The notes under the pieces: generated by a model | Seen by the model: only the letters and a program-made list of their open reading frames with translations | What the model was told of the DNA's origin: nothing | The model's database searches: none | In this document: piece by piece, positions 23,009 to 64,000 of the stretch | Numbering within the stretch: the first letter of the stretch is position 1 | Layout: each line of letters begins with the position of its first letter | Program-made: the position numbers and the translations under genes | Assembly (NCBI GenBank): GCA_002269645.1 | Contig: NIVC01001194.1 | Location: 62,001-126,000 of the forward strand | Direction: 5' to 3' | DNA from: Macrostomum lignano | Taxonomy: Eukaryota | Length of the DNA stretch: 64,000 nucleotides

Positions 23009-25296
23009 TTAATTCCTGTCTTCATCAGTCTGTACAGCATCAACACCTCTAGTTTGCAGGCGGTCAATCAGACGACGGATGTCACTGTCGCTCACGCCGT
23101 ATGTGACTGTAATGCGTTGTTCCCTGGCAATGTTGCGGACTTTCCTTACAGCGTCTTCAAGACCCTTTTGTCGCCGCCTACTCATGGCGCTGTCAAAACT
23201 CAGGCCATCGAATTGGCCGCTTTCAGAATCGTTCGCTGGCGACAATATGGCGTCGTCACGAACGCTGCTGACGTACTCGTCCTCTTCTTCTATTCTATGG
23301 TCCAAGCTGCTCGAGCTGATGAGCTCTTTGGCGTTGCCGCCGACAATGAAGTGGCTAGGCGAACCGCTCGAACCGTAAGATCCGTAGTTCTGAACCTGCG
23401 AACCCGCGGCACCGCGGCCAGTTTTCTGGAACTGCGATTGCAGCGCGTTTCCTGCGGGATATTGTGGGGCATTTTGTTTGTAAAGTACAAAAGGAGAAGC
23501 ATACATGTACTGGTACATGCAACACAGGGACTCAGAAAATAATCCGTCTTATCGAGCACCCCTATGAAAATATAAACAGTAAAAAAATCAGCTCACTTGT
23601 CTGTCGAGCCACATTCTGATAAGTCATATTGTCCAGCCGGTAAATCTGGTCCATTGAGTTCTGCTGCGCCAGCTCCAGTATGCGCTTGTCGCGGATCACG
23701 TTATTCTTAGCTGCGACATTGTGTGACATGTCGCGAACGAATATTTCAATGGTTTCTTTCCCGCTAGCCCACTGTAACAGTTCCTCTAGGTTGTCCGTCT
23801 CGATGTGCTTCTGGTAGGAATACAGCATTACTATAGTGGCAATTGGTTTCTGAGCAGCGTGGGTTAAATAAGCCTTCTCAGGATCCAACAGAAGAATTGA
23901 CACTACTGTGTAGTGCTTACCAGACAAGTCTTGGTCGGACTCAAGGTGAGATGCTCTGAAAGAAAGACGCTCGATTCAAATCAACAAATAACAGAAGTGA
24001 AATGCAAGCAAATAGCCTACCCTTTATGATGCGGCTTTTTCTGCTGAGTATAGTCGCTGAAACTGTGCTGCACCACCCCAGCAGTGGGGAAAACCACCAT
24101 GTCACAGTTATTCGGTAATTTAGTGGCCAATATTCGAAAATACACTGACTGGCTGGCGTTGTTAATAATAAAAAAGTTGTTCTTCCAGTACGAGTATTGG
24201 TTGCCCTGATTGCGATTGAATGTGATGGACTTTGCCGGGTAGACGAACACCTCCGTGTTAGTGTGCTGCGGATGGAAGAATATTGGCAGCAGGTATTGAC
24301 AGCGGAATGGCTCATACTTTTCACTTTCGCCCGTCCTTGCTATGAGACGCGAGATCTCCAGCTTGAAGTATCTTCTGGTATCGTTGATTGGCTCCAACCG
24401 GTCAACAGAGAACGTCTGCATCTTCTCCTCAGCCCGCTTGTCGCTGCCGAGTTTCTCTTTCGAATGCCGGATGCTGGGTTCGTCGTTACGCGGATCGTAC
24501 GTGACCTTCAGCACCACTTTGCGGCCAAAACCGGTTTGCTTAACAAGGTGCCCCGTTTTCCTTGGCCGTATAATGAAGCACTCTTTGTCGTTCTTTTTGT
24601 TGTAGTCTGAAGTTGCATAACAAACTTATGAGCTAACTACTATGAAATCATTGAAATATATTAAACACTGCATTCCCAATAAGCCAGAAAGATCTTAATA
24701 GCACTGTTTTACAGTGTACGAATCCATCTCATTGTAACTAAATTTGGCTTTACCCAAAAGCCGTATTTGACGTAAGGTCTCATCAAACAATCAATCCATA
24801 GTTTAATAAGACCATTGCAGTCAAAATATTTCGCAGATTCAAATATATTATTTTTAAATGCAGGTCTAACAATAGACAATCATGCCACCTAGAGCTATAT
24901 CCGATCGATGTTGATCATTTAAACAAAAGGAGTTCTGTGTTGTATTACCAATCCAAGGAGTTACCGATCAAAGACTACTTCTACCTACCGAGGACTATTG
25001 AGGCTTTCTATTAGATCAAACACTGAACGACAAACGATAATTTGTCACTTACCAATCGTAAACTTATAACTATTGTCCAAGTCGTTATTCCACAGCGTGA
25101 CAAATGAAACCCATTCTTCGCTCTCTTTTGAATAATTGAATATCAAATACTTGTGCGGATCGATCTTAATTTTGTCCAACGGGCTTGAGTCTGACGGCAC
25201 GTAGATCGAAGACTCGACGTTTAGTTCTGTGGACACGCTGCTGACCCTTTGAGTAGGAGCGTGAGAATGGGTGGCCAGCATTGTATGGGACTGCAT
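23009..25296 (-). CDS. Uncharacterised protein of about 560 aa with two divergent MSP (major sperm protein)/VAP-like Ig-fold domains and no obvious transmembrane helix
   Basis: Phase-consistent exons 25053-25296, 24021-24606, 23597-23955, 23511-23561 (donor uncertain), 23009-23451. MSP-like patterns: IKIDPHKYLIF..VTLWN..YKFTI..FIIRP..G and VYPAKSITF..FIINNASQSVYFRILAT..VVFPTAGVV..TVVSILLLDP. Confidence 0.6.
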
Positions 25297-25669
25297 ATTT
25301 GTTTATTTAAATCAATCGCTTTTCAAAACAATAAACACCTTAGTCCCTACGAGTTAGGTAAAAATTGAATATGAAGTCTTGAACGAATTCTACTTAAAAG
25401 GCAGTGTTCTTTAGTTGAGTCATAGACAAACTTGGTGATACGGTTATAAATGTTCTGATTACGACAATTTAGGTATTCCTATACTAGCAATCTGATTTTT
25501 AATCAGGCAGTTAGCGGCACTCGGACCTTCAAATTACGACCCCTTTCTAAAAATAGAGCTGTACAGGTATTGCATGTACTTTTTGAGCTCTTTGGGAGGT
25601 CATAGTACACCAGTGGCACACGCGGGAATTTTAATTGCATTTGGTAACATACCTAGTGGATGTCAATGA

Positions 25670-26135
25670 GGGGCCGTAGCCCAGTGGGCTACTAGCGCTG
25701 CTCTTTGATGTACCAGCGATCCAGGCTCGATTCCAAGTAAAGTCACATTAATTGGGACTAAATCGGAATCTCTGCCCTTGAGGGCGAACTCCCAAGGCAG
25801 AGTGAAGTGTTCATGCCTAACGATAAAAAGTAGAGCCACTGCATGAGTGTGTGCTTGTGCATATGGCTGCATACGTATCCACGCGCTTGTGTGCCTGCTC
25901 AGGGGAGTCGGCGGAATGGGCAGTAATGCCTTTTGACGGCTGCGTGACAATGTCGCTTGAAATGCATCAGGGTGCTCCCAGCCCCTAATAAGACTAATAA
26001 GAAAGAGGTGCCAATAATTGTTGTCTTGTTGGGTGCCTCTACCCCTGTCTTTTAAGAGTTTTCGAAGAGTTGGCAAAAGTTGAGCTCGAGTCACTCGTCC
26101 AGCTTGGTTACCTCTCATTAAATTTCCTATAGAAG
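25670..26135 (+). mobile_element. tRNA-derived SINE
   Basis: Pol III A-box TAGCCCAGTGG (25677-25687) and B-box-like GGCTCGATTCC (25724-25734) at tRNA spacing; 3' boundary approximate. Confidence 0.55.
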
Positions 26136-26174
26136 AGTTCTATTTTTAGGAGGCAATTAGGAGGGCGTGACACC

Positions 26175-26545
26175 CAGGCGCGGCGCCACCGAGGGGACAG
26201 GAGGGACATGTCCTTCCCAGTAAAAGCTCTGGGGGACATGTCAATGCTTTGTCCACCCCCACCTCACCTTGTGAGTCGTTGTCGTAGTCAGTAATTTTTC
26301 TACAGGGCGCCAAATTATAGCGCCTTTGGCGCCCAAATGAGTGCCTGCAGCGCTAAAATGAGTGCCTGTGGCGCTAAAATGAGTGCCTGCGGCGCTAAAA
26401 GGAATGCCTGCGGCGCCAAAATGAGTTCCTGTGGCGCTAAAATGAGTGCCTGCGGCGCCAAAATGAGTGCCAAAATTTATTCATATACATGTTGAATTCT
26501 TGGCTTTGTCCCCCCCCCCACCATAAAATCCATGGCGACGCCCTG
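26175..26545. mobile_element. hAT-type MITE with an 8-bp TSD (GTGACACC) and internal 22-bp repeats
   Basis: GTGACACC at 26167-26174 and 26546-26553; imperfect TIRs CAGGCGCGGCGCCA / TGGCGACGCCCTG; AAAATGAGTGCCTGCGGCGCYA units at about 26335-26475. Confidence 0.8.
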
Positions 26546-27585
26546 GTGACACCCTTCCACCTCTGTAGATGCCAATGACCTACGTAACATTAGCCACATG
26601 CAGAGAAAAAAGAGAGGCCGATGCTCACACTCAAGCAGCGAGTCTGATACAGCATGAATGAAAATAATAGCAATCACACTATACAGATTGCAATCGATCA
26701 CCTGTCGGACCAGTCGCCTAGAAACGCAGAGAAATCCCCATTCAGGTCCATTACTCGGGTCAATTGGGGATGAAGGTCCGGGGAGCTATCGATCGATAGT
26801 AGTGGATTGGACGTGTACATTGGACAAAAATCCATCGGACAAATGCTCAGTACAACGGCGGAAAAACAACCCACGGGCAAACATCGGTGGGAAAACGGAT
26901 GTCCCTTTTTAGCGAACAAACTTTTTACTTAAGAAATCGGCGCTATTCTTTAAAATATTTGCAAAATACTTTATCTTTTAATTCCCAAGCTAATCTGATA
27001 TTTTAAATAAAGTTTGCCAAATGACAATAAGCGTTGTTTAAATGCAATTTACTGCTTACATTACGAATGACTAGTAGTAGTTAGTAACGCATGTTTAAGC
27101 TTTTAAAATCTTAATTATTTTAGGCCTGACGCCGATGAAAATTATTCACCGAAAGCCTATTTAACGGAGATATGAACCGCTGCACACCACGCCACAACAT
27201 GCTTTGAGCCATATAGCGCACACTGATTGTATTTCAGCACCCCCTCTCATAGTTCGTATGCCGAAAACGACGTGTACATTCTTCTCTCGATAAGGGCAAA
27301 AATTCTGCGCAGCATAAAGTAGACCAAAAAGAAAACTTAACGGAGCAATCTTAAAATACTGCTGCCCCCTAGCTCAGAGCTCAGTGCTTGCTATCTTATC
27401 CTGTGATTTTGCATGACTGACTTGGCTCCAGCAAAGCTATTCGACATGGACTCATGATATCAATGCACAGACAGCAACGCCAACGCTACCTAAGAGCATT
27501 TATTTTCTACTATAGCTAATGCCAAGCGGGTGACTCATGGTCCGGCTCAGTGCCCTTGTGCGCACCAATCCAACTCACAGGAAGG

Positions 27586-28887
27586 ATGTCGCTGCGATCT
27601 GCTGAAATCGTCATTTTGCTCTTGTTTGTATCGTGCCACCAATGGGTCAAACCGGAAGCGCTGAATCTCCCACTTGATTCGGAAATTAGTACATTCAACT
27701 CCTCTCACTACGCTCGCTACTACCTGCAACAATCGCCGAAAGAAAATCTGACAGTGCTGACCCGAGTAGATCTACAGTTTCGAACTTCGTATTCTAATAG
27801 GAGTCAATTGTTTTCGATCAAGAATGAAATCACAAATGAGACTCTGGCGGTGGAGCTCTATGCAGCTGATCAAATTAAGCTGCATCTACATTGGCTTGTC
27901 CGTCTCAGCAACAGCACGAACGAGACGCAGCTTGTAGATGAAGAGATTACTCTGCAGGCGCTGGGAATTGGTAACGGAGAATGGCATGCACTGACACTAC
28001 TTCTTGGCAGCAATTGGTCGCTAGTGCTTGATAGCAACCAAACGGAAGGTAGATTGCCTGATAATTTCACTGCCGATTTCACCTGGAACAATGAAACAGC
28101 CATAGACATTGCTGGAGGCTCCGGCTTCAGAGGCTGCATAGCGAATTTCACCCTAGATGAGGCCGTTTCGCTGCCGCTTCACGCACAGTCCCAGCTGCTC
28201 AATCAAACAGACTATTTGAGTATTCTCGAATCTGCTTCCAACCTGCCAGAACAGCCAGAATGTCGTCAAGCGTCCTGCCAGTGCGAACCAAACGGCGCTT
28301 GCATTTACCGTCAGTGGGACGTTTTGGACAGGTGCAACTGTACTCGAGGCTATGAGCCAAACTCGTTTTGCCAGACCGAATGGAACACTTGTGAAAGCCT
28401 GGAGCCGCAATTCCTGTGTCAAAACGCAGGCAATTGTTTCAATAAGCCTGGGACTGAAGAATTCGGCTGCAATTGCACCGAAGACTATCGAGGCAGTCAA
28501 TGCCAGAGCTTCGACATCTGCCGTTTGTCAGTGACTTGTCAAAACGGAGCCACCTGTCAGCTGACCGGCGACGTAGAGCAGTCGAAAACTGTCGATTACA
28601 ACTGCTCCTGCACATCGGAATTCACGGGAAGAAACTGTACACTGCGTATTGAGACACCGAACGGACCGGACATCGGGCTTATCGTCGGCATCACAGTTGG
28701 GGTGATCGCCATCCTGCTACTCGCCATTGTTGCATTCGTGGCCGCCAAGGTGATCAGAGACAGGCGCAGAGACTCGGGTGCCTACAGGCCCAGCCACAGG
28801 GAAGCTGCTGGAACGGGAGCCAACAGAAATGGGACTGACAGCTTGGCGATGGGCCTGCGGCCTCCGTTAGACGAATGTCTGATCTGA
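27586..28887 (+). CDS. Short Crumbs-like type I membrane protein: signal peptide, one LamG, three EGF, TM, Crumbs-type tail; intronless, 433 aa
   Basis: ATG at 27586 precedes a hydrophobic signal peptide (the ORF-track start at 27550 is a GTG). LamG motifs: LQFRT, GNGEWH, GFRGCI. Three EGF cysteine patterns. TM IGLIVGITVGVIAILLLAIVAFV. Tail GAYRPSHRE (Crumbs GxYxPSxxE) and terminal PPLDECLI (Crumbs PP..ERLI). Confidence 0.88.
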   Translation: MSLRSAEIVILLLFVSCHQWVKPEALNLPLDSEISTFNSSHYARYYLQQSPKENLTVLTRVDLQFRTSYSNRSQLFSIKNEITNETLAVELYAADQIKLHLHWLVRLSNSTNETQLVDEEITLQALGIGNGEWHALTLLLGSNWSLVLDSNQTEGRLPDNFTADFTWNNETAIDIAGGSGFRGCIANFTLDEAVSLPLHAQSQLLNQTDYLSILESASNLPEQPECRQASCQCEPNGACIYRQWDVLDRCNCTRGYEPNSFCQTEWNTCESLEPQFLCQNAGNCFNKPGTEEFGCNCTEDYRGSQCQSFDICRLSVTCQNGATCQLTGDVEQSKTVDYNCSCTSEFTGRNCTLRIETPNGPDIGLIVGITVGVIAILLLAIVAFVAAKVIRDRRRDSGAYRPSHREAAGTGANRNGTDSLAMGLRPPLDECLI

Positions 28888-31583
28888 ATTTCGATTAACC
28901 AGCGAGCTTTGCGGCTCAGAATTTTTTTGTGGATTTTTTAATTATTAGCAACTAAAGTAGATGGGACGCAGAACTTGCAAATCGTGCAATTTTTTCTGAA
29001 GGTCTCACCTTTTTAAACTTTCGAATTCCAAATTAATCGTTTCATTCTAGATGCACTCAAAGTTTATCAAACAATTATTTTACTGAAACGCATTTTGCAG
29101 CAAAAAAATGGCCACACGAATGCCGTGACTCTACTTTAGTTGTCCATGCTTTTTAATGACGATTTATCAAAAACCGAGTAAAACATAATAATATAAATAA
29201 CAGTTTTCACCTGTAAATTAACTGCTAGAATTATCAGAGCTCTTGTGTGATAGATAATTCGCAACAAAAAATGACCTGATTTGCTTTTGTTACTTTCGCT
29301 TTAAATATATCTTATCATTAAATATTTTTTGGCCACTATAAATCATTGTTGTTGTAACGTACTAGATAATCGAATTTTAACTTTTAAAAGCTTTGATTCT
29401 GTAAAATAAATTGAATATCTGATTAGGAAATTCGATATAAACAGTTCAAGGCCTGTAATATACTGGTTGTAGATAAAAACATGAGTTTAATTTTGTCCAT
29501 TTACCTGAGTTTATTGAAGATACTTGGTCAACCTACCCGTGTAGGGAGCTTGTATTTGGAGCTCCTGTGAAGGTGACACAGTAAGGCTAACCCTGCCAGT
29601 CAGACCTACTTGTGGATCCTGGGTTTAGAAGATGATGTTCAACGCTCAGTGACGGCTCTCATCAGATCTAGGAGTTCAATCAAGTGTTCGTGTATTCTGT
29701 GAGACCAGCTAACCGGCCCTGTCTTTAAAGTATAGCTTTTGCGTCTTAGTTTAATGAGAGACAAAGATAAATTTAAAATTTGCAGTAAGTCAACCGAACT
29801 AGCCGTCCATGAGCCAACGCTATAGCCTGATGTAAACCCAGCTCGCAGAGTTAACGAGGACGTCGTTTCCGAGGTCTAATAACGATAAATGGCAAATGGG
29901 TACATTTACCCAGACCCTTGGCCGACGCATAGCGTCTTTGTACGTTGGTGTAATGTAATGAGCGTAATATTAGAAAATTAAGCTATAAGCTCTTGGTGCG
30001 TAGTCAGAGAAAGCGCCACAGTTTCGAGTTCCCAACTTTTGTAACTGTTTTAATCTGTCTGTCACATGCTTGAAAAGATATCGGCAGTGCACTTGCTGAG
30101 CCTCGAAAAGAGGTCGATGCGAATGCTGATAGAGTTGATGAGAAGGCTATGTAAATACTCTCGGAAAGCAGTTTTTCTGTAAGATTCTTAAATTTTCCGG
30201 CTTTGCTCTAGATATGCGTCAATCTAGCGGTTTATGGAGGCTAGTGGGTGATCGCCGTGAGTTCTGAATTAAAAGGACAGAACTGAATCAAAAGTTCCTT
30301 CACTGGCAAATTCGAGAACTCAAAGTATGCCTTCGATTTTTTTAATTTCGCCTCCGCAGCCTAAAATTGCAATAACACTCACAAAATGAATAATGAACAA
30401 AGTTAGCGTAGTAAATTAATTGCACAAAATACACGAATTCGAATCAATTTTATTGTTATCCAAAAAGCGTTAAAAACACGAACAGTTAGATCAATACGGG
30501 ACAGGTTAAAACTTGACCAGCCAAGTTGCACCACGTCGCAAGGACAACCAGAGACAACGAAAAAAAGCAATTCAGATTAATTAGGTGAGTTTTGGCAGCC
30601 AAATTAATGTTGCCGATAAAATCAAAGCTGTCAGAATATGTGGCGGTTAAAAATTATTTCGTGACTACTAGACATGGCAGGTACAAATCGAATACTTTTA
30701 AGCAGTCGGACAAGTTTTTAAATACGCTTGTTGAAGCAGGTATTTGCAGTACTTATAGCTATATCAAAATATTCGGCCACGTTCGACTCATATGGACCTT
30801 GAAAATATACGCATTATAGCAGCTAATTTTAGTGAGGGCGCCCAAGAATGTGTGAAACATTCAGCGTGTGTGAAAGACATCAATTAAAACAAAGCAAAAT
30901 ACGGTAAACCAAAAACTTGAGCTTTAAACCACTCCTATTTTTCCTACGTGAACAAAAAGCAAATCGTGGCCAATTTTACTGACTCAACGATTTTGAATTT
31001 CCGGCATTAATAAACTAAAAGAGCCACTGTTCAGTTAATGACAATATTTACTCAAATACCCAATATATCACGAGTTATTTACTCTACTAACCAAATCAAC
31101 AATGTAATATTCTGTGCTAGTGCTTAACACTGTTAGCAATGCAAATTAGAATTAATAATCAAAGAATAAATATAAACGGGCAGAATGGACTTCAATAGCG
31201 TCGGTGCGAAAATACCAGTTCAGTTTGAGGTCTACATGTCGATACCTGTACGCAAAAATCAATATTTATTACAAATTTCTAAAACTAGCTACATAATACT
31301 TGCACAGAGACGAGACACTACGCAAACGAAAATAGAAATTGATCGGCGATTTTCATCACAATGTCGCGAAAATTGATGCATTCTTAGAAAAAGCAACAAT
31401 TTCAAGTCTAACTTACCATGCAGTTATTTTATTGCAAACTAAAAACAGAACAAAGACCGTCACTGTTAGCCACCCATTTTAACTGATAGTGTCCCTGGAA
31501 CACTCATTCCGACTGACAAAAGCAGCTTGAGAAGAATTCTACAGAAGAGAGGCCATCCCAGGTAGACAAGCAGACGCAGCAGC

Positions 31584-63596
<32,013 letters not shown>

Positions 63597-64000
63597 CTGA
63601 AATTGGGATCGCACTTTGACTTTTAAAGAGTTCATTATAACAGCCTGGCCAACGGTCCCCAGCACTCTCAATCTCTCTCAAGCCCTCAAAACCAAACGAG
63701 ACTCACTAATTAAAAGAACCGGAAAGTCAAAAAGCCTCGTGAAGATGCTTTGTGTCAAAGGAAATGCTGGGCATGCGCGGGCCCACAGGGAACACCTTGC
63801 ACTGCTAATAAGCCTGCATGAAACGAACCCTCATTGTCAAGCTCATCATTAAATTCTCGCAAGATTTTAACAAATCTGTGGTTTAATTAGCTTACAGATC
63901 GAGTTTAATGAAAACAAAAACATCTTTTGGATTTCACATCCGACTATTGAAATCTATCTTTTCAATTATTATCTATAGACCTTCCCTGCCTTTGGAGCGT

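Noticed and set aside
25670-25745. Possible tRNA gene
   Set aside because: The A/B boxes are present but I could not fold a proper cloverleaf; it is interpreted as a SINE head.
25663-26118. 151-aa minus-strand ORF
   Set aside because: It is the antisense reading of the tRNA-derived SINE.

Overview
Eukaryotic (animal) genomic DNA. The compact GC-richer exons, AT-rich introns and minisatellite-filled introns resemble a free-living flatworm such as Macrostomum; the species is an inference. I rebuilt all exon chains by hand from GT-AG sites, phase continuity and remembered similarity to known proteins. Six protein-coding genes are supported. (1) The 5' part of PI4KA (minus strand, 10 exons, 15655 to <1), in which seven short introns each hold a different minisatellite. 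(2) An intronless myosin essential light chain. (3) An intronless universal stress protein. (4) A 5-exon soluble protein with two divergent MSP/VAP-like domains. (5) An intronless 'mini-Crumbs' (LamG + 3 EGF + TM) with a Crumbs-type tail ending in ECLI instead of ERLI. (6) A large L-type calcium channel alpha-1 gene (Cav1; minus strand, from the I-II linker to the C-terminus, about 30 exons over 32 kb). The standout signal is in Cav1: two pairs of frame-incompatible duplicated exons, i.e. predicted mutually exclusive exons. One pair encodes the IIIS2-S3 loop and IIIS3. The other encodes the domain IV pore loop end and the first half of IVS6: one copy keeps the L-type drug-binding 'FISFYM' motif and the other has a Cav2-like 'FVTFIT'. 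There is also a candidate post-IQ cassette/terminal exon. Mobile DNA includes an intact DD34D mariner with perfect TIRs, a decayed PHD/FLYWCH Mutator-like element, several MITEs and tRNA-derived SINEs.
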